A DNA stretch of 64,000 nucleotides from assembly GCA_002390205.1 (NCBI GenBank), contig DGOV01000094.1:2251-66250 (forward strand), in the 5' to 3' direction. The notes under the pieces were generated by a model. The model was not told where the DNA came from, ran no database searches, and saw only the letters and a program-made list of their open reading frames with translations. Shown in pieces: positions 18,893-27,604 of the stretch. The position numbers were made by a program, and so were the translations under genes. The stretch is from Proteobacteria bacterium UBA4457. GTDB taxonomy: Bacteria > Pseudomonadota > Gammaproteobacteria > Ga0077536. The stretch's first letter is position 1. Each line of letters opens with the position of its first letter.

Positions 18893-19201
18893 CTAAATCC
18901 CGTCTAAAACCTCGAACCCTTCAAATTGCGGGTGTCCTAAATATAAGCCTTTATGATTCCCTGCGTTAGCATGCGCTTTTTTAAACGCATCAGACTTGGT
19001 CCAAGCTTCAAAGCTATCATAGTCCTGCCAAGTAGTATGTGATGAATAAAGCGTACTACTTTCTTCTTTCGGTCCACGAAGAAGGTGGAATTCTATGAAA
19101 CCTCTCACTCCAGTTAGATTCTTGTCTCTATTTTTCCAAATCAGTTCAAATTTTTGCTCAGAACCCTCAGTTACAGAGAATCTATTCATGGCGATAAACA
19201 T
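18893..19201 (-). CDS. Antibiotic-biosynthesis-monooxygenase (ABM/Dabb) domain protein
   Basis: It has MFIAMNRFSV..FEL.W..R...L....GF..F.LLRG....Y.S...W.....F..W, typical of an ABM ferredoxin-like fold. AAGGAG precedes the ATG at 19201. Confidence 0.7.
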   Translation of the reverse strand: MFIAMNRFSVTEGSEQKFELIWKNRDKNLTGVRGFIEFHLLRGPKEESSTLYSSHTTWQDYDSFEAWTKSDAFKKAHANAGNHKGLYLGHPQFEGFEVLDGI

Positions 19202-19304
19202 ATGCGGCTCCTTATTTGTAATAACTAGAGTTATTGTATTAGTAATATGGTTCGATATAGTTAAACTTTTCAATATGCATAAAACAATCAGCTAGGGGCA
19301 AGCT

Positions 19305-20069
19305 ATGACACTACTAAATGAAAAAATTATTCTGGTTACCGGAGGCAGTACTGGTATAGGTAGAGCCACTTCAGAAATACTAGCCAGAGAAGGTGCGACA
19401 GTAATTATTGGTGACATCCAAGATAAAGAAGGTGAAGAAACTGTTGCTGCTATTATTAAAGCAGGTGGGGCGGCCGAGTATTACCATATGGATGTAGTGA
19501 ATTTTGAGCAAGTTGATCACGTCATTACTGATATTGTGAGTCGGTACGGATCTTTGGATGGCGCGCACAACAACGCAGGAGTAGAAGGCCCTGCATCAAA
19601 AGTTCTCGATTATCCTGCCGATGAATGGGATCGAGTGACGCGCGTCAATCTTACTGGAGTTTTCAACTGTATCAAATGTGAGGTAAAGCAAATGATAGCG
19701 CAAGAGAATGGAGGCAGTATTGTAAGTACGGCATCAGTCGCGGGTCTGGTTGGCCTAGCAGGTTCAGCTAGTTATAACGCCTCCAAGCATGGGGTAGTTG
19801 GTCTCACCAAAACAGTGGCGCTTGAGTATGCGGCAAGAAAAATACGAGTAAATGCCATATGCCCTGGTTTTATAGAGACGCCTATGCTTAATAGGTTGAC
19901 GGGCGACGACAATAATAAAATCAAGGAAAAAATGTTGGGACAAGTTCCGATGAAGCGTATTGCAGCGCCTAGCGAGATTGGAGAAGCGGTTGCATGGCTC
20001 TTATCTGCGAAAGCTAGCTATGTGACTGGTGTTGCTTTACCTGTGGATGGTGGTTGGATAGCTCAATAG
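19305..20069 (+). CDS. SDR family oxidoreductase (classical, 3-oxoacyl-ACP reductase/glucose dehydrogenase-like)
   Basis: It has TGGSTGIGRA (TGxxxGxG), NNAG, and the catalytic S...YNASK. The length is 254 aa. Confidence 0.9.
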   Translation: MTLLNEKIILVTGGSTGIGRATSEILAREGATVIIGDIQDKEGEETVAAIIKAGGAAEYYHMDVVNFEQVDHVITDIVSRYGSLDGAHNNAGVEGPASKVLDYPADEWDRVTRVNLTGVFNCIKCEVKQMIAQENGGSIVSTASVAGLVGLAGSASYNASKHGVVGLTKTVALEYAARKIRVNAICPGFIETPMLNRLTGDDNNKIKEKMLGQVPMKRIAAPSEIGEAVAWLLSAKASYVTGVALPVDGGWIAQ

Positions 20070-20172
20070 TAGCTTTTTAAGCTTAAGCGAGAGATTCGAA
20101 AACTAAGCTTTCGAAAATTATTATTTAGCAATATACTAAGACTTTAAATATTTCAAAAAGGAGGTGATCTTG

Positions 20173-20262
20173 ATGTCTAGTGATATGGAAAACGCGTCGC
20201 AGCTTATTGGTGCTAATTATGGGCGAGAGATCTTTCTGCTATTAAAGGTTGCTAGCCGATAA
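20173..20262 (+). CDS. Candidate 29-codon micro-ORF (MSSDMENASQLIGANYGREIFLLLKVASR)
   Basis: The near-perfect SD AAAAAGGAGGTGA lies 5-6 nt before the ATG. A strong rho-independent terminator lies about 35 nt downstream. I recognise no homology. Confidence 0.35.
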   Translation: MSSDMENASQLIGANYGREIFLLLKVASR

Positions 20263-20297
20263 GAGTGACCAAGGTTGTTGATGCAACCAGTCACAAA

Positions 20298-20327
20298 GGA
20301 GGGGTGTACTGCATCCCTCCTTTTTTT
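20298..20327 (+). terminator. Rho-independent terminator
   Basis: A 9-bp stem (GGAGGGGTG / CATCCCTCC) encloses the 5-nt loop TACTG, followed by T7. Confidence 0.7.
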
Positions 20328-20383
20328 ATGTTCAGAATATATCCACACGAGCCGCTATTTATAAAATAGGCCAGCATCTTTTG

Positions 20384-21565
20384 CTATAAATTACCGTACC
20401 GCTTTATCAAGCGATCTTTCGCTGGCGGAAATACATTGATTTTTTCCAAGTCGCCGCCTGCTAGGTGTAATACGCGTTTGTCCATAATAGAATAAAACAG
20501 AGGAGGAAACATGGCAGCTATAAACATAAGAGGATAGCAGTAAGGTAGTGTGGGTGTCCCATCTAAATCTGTGTCACGAAGAGCTTGGTACCAACGGGTT
20601 GAGCGCATGTGATGACCTGAGTGGCGGACAAAATTTAGCAGTAAGTTATTAGAAGCGATCATATTGGTATTCCAGGAAATATGTGCGGTTGGACGACCAC
20701 TGGAATCGTTCCAACTATAATCCCCGTTTACTTTTTCCTGTCTTAGTAGACCATAGTGCTGGCAGTATTCTATTAATGTCAGATACCACCAACAGACATA
20801 CATTTGAAGTAGTAACATCGGCAGGACAATCCAACCGAAAGTTAATGTTAAGACTGAAAAAATGAACGTCGTGCCAAGGTATTGCTGCAAAGTTTCATTC
20901 TGTAGGCTCCAGGCACTCAGTTTTTTTCTGGCTAGGCGCTCTTTTTCATGGGTCCAAGAACGTTTGAAAAATCCAGGTTGCTCTCTCATAAAGCCGAAAT
21001 GGTATAAAGATTCCCCCATTTGGGAGCTTGCAAAGTCCTTAGGAGTTGAGACGTGCACATGGTGGCCTTTTAAATGGCCGATCAGGAACTGCCCCACTCC
21101 GCCGACAGCAAGGAAATATTTACCTATCCTGCGGCAAAAGCGAGAAGTCTTATGTCCAAATTCATGACCGACGGCTAAAGCCAACCCCGAGACTATACCC
21201 ATAGAGATTGAGATCCCAATATAAGAAGCCAGCGACATTTCGTGATTCGCTATAAACCAAGCAACGTAAACATAGTTAACGAGATAAGCCGGTGCTCCAC
21301 AAACTATGACCCTCATATAATAGGGGTCGTCTTCGATCGAACTCTGTAAATTTTCAGGTGGGTTGTTGCCATCTCTGGGGGCTGCCTGATCTAGAAAAGC
21401 TACTAGTCCAAACCAGAATATTACTGTCAGCCAGAATAAAATTGGGGCATCGTATAAGAATGCGACATAGCAGCTTAGACTAGGAAGGAGTGGAAGGAAT
21501 GGTTGGCTTAGCCAAAGGTAGCGACGTTTGTCTACGTAACCTTTCAGGCTAATAGATGCGTCCAT
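20384..21565 (-). CDS. alkB: Alkane 1-monooxygenase (AlkB, membrane fatty-acid-desaturase-like diiron hydroxylase)
   Basis: It has the His boxes HEFGHK, GHLKGHHVHVSTPKD and FVRHSGHH, plus the EYCQHYGL motif and multiple N-terminal TM helices. I prefer the ATG at 21565 (GGGGAG 8 nt upstream). Confidence 0.85.
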   Translation of the reverse strand: MDASISLKGYVDKRRYLWLSQPFLPLLPSLSCYVAFLYDAPILFWLTVIFWFGLVAFLDQAAPRDGNNPPENLQSSIEDDPYYMRVIVCGAPAYLVNYVYVAWFIANHEMSLASYIGISISMGIVSGLALAVGHEFGHKTSRFCRRIGKYFLAVGGVGQFLIGHLKGHHVHVSTPKDFASSQMGESLYHFGFMREQPGFFKRSWTHEKERLARKKLSAWSLQNETLQQYLGTTFIFSVLTLTFGWIVLPMLLLQMYVCWWYLTLIEYCQHYGLLRQEKVNGDYSWNDSSGRPTAHISWNTNMIASNNLLLNFVRHSGHHMRSTRWYQALRDTDLDGTPTLPYCYPLMFIAAMFPPLFYSIMDKRVLHLAGGDLEKINVFPPAKDRLIKRYGNL

Positions 21566-21717
21566 AGTATGGTCTCCCCAATTTGATTTATAATGATACA
21601 ATTATCATTAGTGAAGATAGAATACACGGTTTCTGGCTAGGATAGCAAGACAGGTCAGTTTATAAGAGTTATTCTATCGCCCGATACTTAGCAACTAATT
21701 CGCGTAAATGGTTACTC

Positions 21718-22335
21718 ATGAGCATAGAAACTGTAAATAACAAACGTAAACGGGCGGCTCGCATGGATCCTATGGGTCGCCAGCGTCAGTTGTTATCTAC
21801 TGCTATGCAGCTCTGCTCTCAGGAGGGCATTGCAAACACTAATCACGCAAAAGTTGCAGAAGCAGCCGGTGTGTCAACGCCAACAGTATTTCTTTATTTC
21901 CCCACGCGTTTAGATCTTTTGAATGCAGTCCTAGATGAGGTGGAGCAGTATCTATTAGAACTTGTAGATCGATCATCCGAGAGTAAAAATAATTCCAATG
22001 AAAAGCTTATAGCTATAGTGCGTGCTTACTCTGATGCTATTGATAATGACTCAGCCTATGCAAGAATTTTCCTGAATTGGGGAGCTGCAGCTACCGATCA
22101 GACTTGGCAGAAATTCTTATTATTTCAGGACCGATTGCTCGAAAAGTTTGAGCGAATCGTCAAGGATGGTAAAAAAAGTGGTGAGGTTGGTGAAACTGTC
22201 AATCCCGTTTGGGCCGCTCACCTCATCTGTGGGGCAGGTACGATTATCGCTCAAATGAAATTTAGAGGACTGGCTGCCGCTGAGATAGAAGGTTTTTTCA
22301 ATGCATTAGTCCGTGCGAGCTTAAAATCTAGTTAA
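21718..22335 (+). CDS. TetR/AcrR family transcriptional regulator (divergent from alkB)
   Basis: It has an N-terminal TetR HTH (RQRQLLSTAMQLCSQEGIANTNHAKVAEAAGVSTPTVFLYFPTR). The length is 205 aa. Confidence 0.85.
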   Translation: MSIETVNNKRKRAARMDPMGRQRQLLSTAMQLCSQEGIANTNHAKVAEAAGVSTPTVFLYFPTRLDLLNAVLDEVEQYLLELVDRSSESKNNSNEKLIAIVRAYSDAIDNDSAYARIFLNWGAAATDQTWQKFLLFQDRLLEKFERIVKDGKKSGEVGETVNPVWAAHLICGAGTIIAQMKFRGLAAAEIEGFFNALVRASLKSS

Positions 22336-22406
22336 ATGGAAGAGCAAAAAATCTTGCTTGTTGCGATTTTAAAGGCAATTCTATACTTTCCTCGCGATCA
22401 AAGTAT

Positions 22407-22421
22407 TTATGGGATCATACT
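22407..22421 (+). repeat. 15-bp direct repeat copy 2 (TTATGGGATCATACT)
   Basis: It exactly matches 14825-14839. It lies in the tetR-yaiI intergenic region. Confidence 0.3.
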
Positions 22422-22497
22422 CCGCTCTATAGGGACGATGCTCTCTGCAGATAGACGGCTGTGACAGATTGATGGTGTTGTTCCGTTTAAAGAGTGT

Positions 22498-22950
22498 TTA
22501 TTTTTTCAAATTTCTTGTTAATATTTTATCAAGCTCGTTAGCAAAATTGCGTTTATCTGTTGGAGTTAACGGCGGAGGCCCGCCTGTTTGTAGGCCGCTA
22601 GACCGCATCGTATCGTAGAAATCTCGGATTGTGACCTTAGCGTCGATGGTGTCGCTAGAGTAGAGCTCCCCTCTAGGGTTTAGAGCAAGCCCACCTTTCT
22701 GTAAGATTTCCTGAGCAAGTGGGATATCAGCCGTTATCACAAGGTCCTGGCCTTCAACCCTATCGACAATCTCGTTATCAGCGACGTCGAAGCCCGCCTT
22801 AACTTTAAGGAACTTAATATTCTCAGAAATAGGTAATTGAAGCACTTGATTAGCTACGAAGATAACCAAAACACTTCTTTTCCTTGCCGCATTGTAGAGT
22901 ATTTCTTTGATTATTTTAGGACACGCATCTGCGTCTACCCAGATTTTCAA
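22498..22950 (-). CDS. yaiI: YaiI/YqxD family protein (UPF0178/DUF188)
   Basis: The N-terminus [12 protein letters not shown] is diagnostic of the family. The length is 150 aa. Confidence 0.8.
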   Translation of the reverse strand: MKIWVDADACPKIIKEILYNAARKRSVLVIFVANQVLQLPISENIKFLKVKAGFDVADNEIVDRVEGQDLVITADIPLAQEILQKGGLALNPRGELYSSDTIDAKVTIRDFYDTMRSSGLQTGGPPPLTPTDKRNFANELDKILTRNLKK

Positions 22951-22985
22951 CTCCTGAAATCGCTATACTTTTGCTTGAGCTACGA

Positions 22986-23390
22986 TCAATTTGGCGTGCC
23001 ATCATATGGGATGTTCAGATTAGCATCGAAAATTAGATTTTCTTTTGTCATGAATACTTGCGATCGAGAGAAGTCAATAAACCCACTTTCATCTTTTAAA
23101 AGTGCCTGAAAAGCTTTTTTCCCTTCTTCCGTGTTCATGGCGCCATTCAGTTCTTTCTCTGAGCGCCACCATACCTCCGTGATTCCCTCATAAGGTGTTT
23201 CAAGACCACGCGAATCTATAAAGTTTTGGTTAAGGGGGGTTTCTATCGTGTGACTTTGCACATATTTTACAGCGTTTATATCTTTAGCGAAGCTAGTGAC
23301 TAGAGGGCCGTGTTTTTCTCTCCAGTACTGGTTGAATTCTTTCCGCGACACATCAGCTTTTTTTCTTAGGCAGTATACTAGCTTGATCAT
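22986..23390 (-). CDS. EthD domain-containing protein
   Basis: It is a small dimeric alpha/beta-barrel type protein with MIKLVYCLRKKADVSRKEFNQYWREKHGPLV, typical of EthD. Confidence 0.7.
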   Translation of the reverse strand: MIKLVYCLRKKADVSRKEFNQYWREKHGPLVTSFAKDINAVKYVQSHTIETPLNQNFIDSRGLETPYEGITEVWWRSEKELNGAMNTEEGKKAFQALLKDESGFIDFSRSQVFMTKENLIFDANLNIPYDGTPN

Positions 23391-23507
23391 TATATTCTTC
23401 CCTGATTTATGTGAACTTTCCTTAAAATTCTTCCAACTAACGCATGTGAAAGCTTGTTACTGATAGTATGTTTGATACTAAAGTAACTCATTATAGGAAA
23501 AATTATT

Positions 23508-24743
23508 TTGTTTTTGAAAGTTTTGTCTCTCTCGTTGCTTTTGCTTGTATGTCAGATCTCCGTTGGATTGGACGAACAAGAATTACACGATCGCTTGTTG
23601 GTATTAGATTCGCACATAGACACTCCTATCCGGTTGGTTATGCCTGGATTTAATATTATGGAGCGACATGATGCATCTACTGACTACTCTCAGGTGGATC
23701 TTCCGAGGATGGTTGATGGTGGTTTGGATGGAGGGTTTTGGGCAATCTTTACGTCTCAGGGAGATTTATCTGCGGATGGATACGCCAAGGCCAAGCGTAT
23801 AGCGCATAGCCGGGCGAATGCCATCCTCCAGCTAGAAGTTGACTATCCTGAGTACTTTACGGTAGCGAAAAATGCTGCAGACGCTAAAATAATTGTTGGC
23901 AAAGGTAGAAAGGTAGTCTATCTAAGTATCGAGAATGCTTATCCACTTGGGCTAGATGTCTCCAATCTACGAGAGTTTTATGATTTAGGAGTAAGGATGC
24001 TTGGATTGGTTCACACCCGTAACAACCAATTCGCCGATAGCTCTACCGACCCTGATGGACCTAAATGGGACGGGCTTTCACCTCTTGGGATTGAGCTGGT
24101 TCAGGAAGCCAATAAATTAGGCATGATCATCGATGGGTCTCATGCGCACGACCTTGCTTTAGAGCAAATGATCTCGCACTCATCGACCCCTGTTGTACTT
24201 TCTCACTCTGGCTCAAAAGCAATTTTTGATCACCCCCGTAATGTCCCTGATGACTTACTAATTAAGCTAAAGCAAAGCGGTGGGTTGATTCATATGAATT
24301 CACTTGGCGGGTATTTACAACCTATCCACGTTTCATCTGATCGTAAGATGGAGTTCGGTAAGTTTGTCGCGGATATCAATGTGCTAGAAGCTGCAGGTAG
24401 TCCTATGCCTTATGAAGAGTTTAGGACCCGCCGAGGAGATATTGATCGTACTCATCCTCGTGAGGAGGCTCACTTTTTTGATTATATGAGTCACTTTACA
24501 CATGTCCTAGATTTGTTAGGGCCGGGTTATGTTGGAGTTGGGGCAGATTGGGACGGCGGCGGAGGAGTTATCGGGATGAAGGATATTTCTGATCTCCGTA
24601 AGGTAACAGAACATCTATTGCATTCTGGATATACTGAATCTGATTTGGAAAATGTTTGGGGTGATAATTTGCTGCGTTTACTCCGCAAGGTGGAACGCAG
24701 AAAAACTGACCTAGGCAAAAGCAGATCTTTAATTGATAAATGA
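23508..24743 (+). CDS. Membrane/periplasmic dipeptidase (peptidase family M19), signal peptide
   Basis: It has an N-terminal signal peptide (FLKVLSLSLLLLVCQISVG), then LDSHIDTP (the HxD zinc site), the GLVHTRNNQFADS region, and SHS...H motifs. Confidence 0.85.
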   Translation: MFLKVLSLSLLLLVCQISVGLDEQELHDRLLVLDSHIDTPIRLVMPGFNIMERHDASTDYSQVDLPRMVDGGLDGGFWAIFTSQGDLSADGYAKAKRIAHSRANAILQLEVDYPEYFTVAKNAADAKIIVGKGRKVVYLSIENAYPLGLDVSNLREFYDLGVRMLGLVHTRNNQFADSSTDPDGPKWDGLSPLGIELVQEANKLGMIIDGSHAHDLALEQMISHSSTPVVLSHSGSKAIFDHPRNVPDDLLIKLKQSGGLIHMNSLGGYLQPIHVSSDRKMEFGKFVADINVLEAAGSPMPYEEFRTRRGDIDRTHPREEAHFFDYMSHFTHVLDLLGPGYVGVGADWDGGGGVIGMKDISDLRKVTEHLLHSGYTESDLENVWGDNLLRLLRKVERRKTDLGKSRSLIDK

Positions 24744-24764
24744 GAACTTCAAGGAGTCACCATA

Positions 24765-25604
24765 GTGGATAGCACAACTCAGCGAACAGATATGGATGTA
24801 TATTGGAATGGGGCCGGTGGAGAAAAATGGGTTAATAATTTAACCCACTTAGAATCAGTTATCGCTCCTGTCGGCAAACACCTGCTGAGCTCTCTGCCTT
24901 TAAACAAAACAACTAGCGTGTTGGATATTGGATGCGGTGGTGGTTTAGTTGCATCAAAAGTAGCGGAGTTGATCAAAGATAAAGGTAGGGTTCTAGGGGC
25001 AGATATTTCAAGCGCTATTTTGCAGGAGAGCACCAGGCTTTATGGCAGCATGTCTAACTTAGAATTTCAGGTTTGCGATGCTGAGACGCATGCATTTGAG
25101 TCCTCGAGTTATGATTTGGTGATTTCAAGATTTGGCATTATGTTTTTTGTGGATCCGTATGCAGCTTTTAGAAATATTTATTCCGCGATTAAGCCTGGTG
25201 GCTTTCTTCGAATGGCTTGCTGGCAGCCGGCGAAAGAAAACCCGTGGATGATGAAAGCATCTGCTGCTGCGTTTGAAGTTTTAGAGCGGCCACCTGCACC
25301 ACAGCCAGGAGAGCCAGGGCCTTTTTCTTTAGGCGAAGAGTCTCTCGTCATAGATATCCTTAAAAAATCCGGCTTTGGCAACATCACCATGCAGCCAATT
25401 GCAGAGATGCTGAACATGGGGAGTTTGGACGCAGCGCTATCTTTAATGACTCAATTGGGTCCTGCCGCAAAGCCACTCTCGGAGGCTAGTGCAACCGACA
25501 AAATCGAGGCGTTGAGGTTGATGAAAGTTGCGCTTTCAGAAGGCTTGACCCCCCAAGGTGTAGAATTGGCGGGAGCCTTCTGGTTAGTCGGTGCAGAGGC
25601 TTAG
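24765..25604 (+). CDS. Class I SAM-dependent methyltransferase
   Basis: It has motif I VLDIGCGGG and post-I/II regions (GADIS, DLVISRFGIMFF). AAGGAG lies 8 nt before the GTG start. Confidence 0.8.
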   Translation: MDSTTQRTDMDVYWNGAGGEKWVNNLTHLESVIAPVGKHLLSSLPLNKTTSVLDIGCGGGLVASKVAELIKDKGRVLGADISSAILQESTRLYGSMSNLEFQVCDAETHAFESSSYDLVISRFGIMFFVDPYAAFRNIYSAIKPGGFLRMACWQPAKENPWMMKASAAAFEVLERPPAPQPGEPGPFSLGEESLVIDILKKSGFGNITMQPIAEMLNMGSLDAALSLMTQLGPAAKPLSEASATDKIEALRLMKVALSEGLTPQGVELAGAFWLVGAEA

Positions 25605-25629
25605 GATAGTTAGCCAAACGGCAGTTTTC

Positions 25630-27360
25630 TCATGCTGCGCTTTTTTTTCGTTGACTTTCCGCACTCATCCCATGTCTCAATAGTTGTCCAGAGAAGGTGT
25701 TTGTTTGCTGATCATCTTTTATAGTTACCTCTCCGTTTACCAGAATATATTTATATCCTTTAGCTTTTTGAACTCGCCTCCACTCCCCACCAGGAAGGTC
25801 ATGTACTACTTCTGGAGGCGTAATTTCTAAATTCTCTAGGTCATAGACGATAATATCTGCAGGGGCTCCAACCTTCAGTACTCCTCGACCTTTACACCCA
25901 GCTAGCTCAGCAGGGAGTGCAGATAGTCGCCAGTGTGCATCTTCTAGACTCAACATTTTTTCATCGCGTACTATTTTAATAAGTGTTTCGGTTGGGTACC
26001 TACCTGCAGTTAGGAATTTTGTATGAGCTCCACCGTCAGAAACACCGAATAGGATGTAAGGCACATCGACGACTTCTTTTAGTAAATCGAGCCGAGTGCC
26101 AGGAGGTGCCGCGAAAAACTCGGTTTCTAATTTATCAGCCACAACTATGTCCAACATAACATCGACAGGATCTTTCCCTGTTTTTTCTGCAATGAGTCCA
26201 ATGGTATGGTCAAGCCATTGCTGTGATTCGGGTGAGACTGGACCGGTGACGACAATATTCTCGAACGGGCCAGTTACTAGTTCAGGTATCTGCGATTTTA
26301 AGGCAGGTCGTCTACCTGGATCAGCGAGCTTCTGAAGTCTCTCTTCTTGGGTCCCGACGGTTGCTTCTCGCCATGCAGGGCACTCATCGAAAAGGTTCCA
26401 ATCTTCAAATGTGAATCCATAGCCTGCATCAGTTGTGAGTCCCTGTCCGTATACGCGAATACCTTGGGACCGACACTCTTCTAGCCATGCTATAACTTTA
26501 CGATGTATTTGCGGTTTAGTGTCATAAACTTGAACAACATTAAACACAATCGGGCGACCGCTGACTTTGGCTAATTCCATTATATGCTTTTGATCTGCTT
26601 TTGGATCTCCTGAAACCATTGTCGTCTGCATGTGACCGGCATTGCGCTTACGCAGGACTTTGGCAAATTCTAGAGAAGTTTCATCGTGCATCATGTCTGT
26701 CGGCATCGCAGTACCATCGTAATCTAGTTGGACACCAGCTGGTCCTGACGGGGGTAGTCGTTGAGCAGACCAACCGCAAGCACCTGCATCGAGTGATTTT
26801 TCCAGTAGACTACACATCTCAGTGTGTTCTTTATCGGTGGGCATTCGACCTGATTTCGCATCTTCCAAACCGAGGACCGATATCAAAATAGGGTTGACTG
26901 GGACATATGGCACGATATTGATCGCTTTTGACGTTCGGTCGACGCTATCTAAATATTCGGGGAATGACTCCCAATCCCATGGCATTCCTTCTTTCATCGA
27001 GGCTAAAGGAATGGCTTCAACTCGGGTCATAGACAGCATGGATCTCTCTCTCGCCTCAGGGGCGACCGGTGCAAACCCAAACCCACAGTTACCTATTACC
27101 ACTGTCGTAATCCCATGCCATGATGAGATTGAGCAATATGGGTCCCAAAACAATTGTGCATCATAGTGCGTATGAAGATCGACGAACCCTGGCGCGACGA
27201 TGAGTCCGTTAGCATCGATAACTTTTTGGCCATCTCGCGCATCGATGTGACCAATCTCTGTGACGACACCGTCTTTTATTCCCACATCCGCTTTATAACG
27301 AGGCATGCGCGCCCCATCTACCACAGTTCCACTTTTAATAATCGTGTCAAACCTACTCAT
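25630..27360 (-). CDS. N-acyl-D-amino-acid deacylase family amidohydrolase (D-aminoacylase-like)
   Basis: The N-terminus DTIIKSGTVVDG....DVGIKDGVVTEIG...IDANGLIVAPGFVDLHTHYD is a metal-binding HxH-type motif. The length is 576 aa. Confidence 0.8.
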   Translation of the reverse strand: MSRFDTIIKSGTVVDGARMPRYKADVGIKDGVVTEIGHIDARDGQKVIDANGLIVAPGFVDLHTHYDAQLFWDPYCSISSWHGITTVVIGNCGFGFAPVAPEARERSMLSMTRVEAIPLASMKEGMPWDWESFPEYLDSVDRTSKAINIVPYVPVNPILISVLGLEDAKSGRMPTDKEHTEMCSLLEKSLDAGACGWSAQRLPPSGPAGVQLDYDGTAMPTDMMHDETSLEFAKVLRKRNAGHMQTTMVSGDPKADQKHIMELAKVSGRPIVFNVVQVYDTKPQIHRKVIAWLEECRSQGIRVYGQGLTTDAGYGFTFEDWNLFDECPAWREATVGTQEERLQKLADPGRRPALKSQIPELVTGPFENIVVTGPVSPESQQWLDHTIGLIAEKTGKDPVDVMLDIVVADKLETEFFAAPPGTRLDLLKEVVDVPYILFGVSDGGAHTKFLTAGRYPTETLIKIVRDEKMLSLEDAHWRLSALPAELAGCKGRGVLKVGAPADIIVYDLENLEITPPEVVHDLPGGEWRRVQKAKGYKYILVNGEVTIKDDQQTNTFSGQLLRHGMSAESQRKKSAA

Positions 27361-27604
27361 ACTGAACTCCCCTATAGAAACGCAACGAAATCTCCTACCT
27401 CACGTTACAATATATCTATATTGAGTTCTGAATGTCTATAGCTAGCACGCAAACAATGGGAGCTATGCAGTTTTTCAAAAGTATCTTCATAATATTTGAA
27501 CGATATTATTAGGTCGGAAATATGGTAGTTTATTCTGCCGTTATAGAAGACGATTAATTTCCTTCTGAACTAAGGGAATAGTAGAAATTTTAAGGGGTAA
27601 AATA

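Noticed and set aside
22336-22464. 42-codon ORF starting immediately after the tetR stop and containing repeat copy 2
   Set aside because: It has no SD (the ATG directly abuts the TAA) and no family resemblance. It is probably a chance ORF in the spacer.
23468-23653. 61-aa ORF overlapping the dipeptidase start
   Set aside because: It is out of frame with, and overlapped by, the well-supported M19 dipeptidase gene and its signal peptide.
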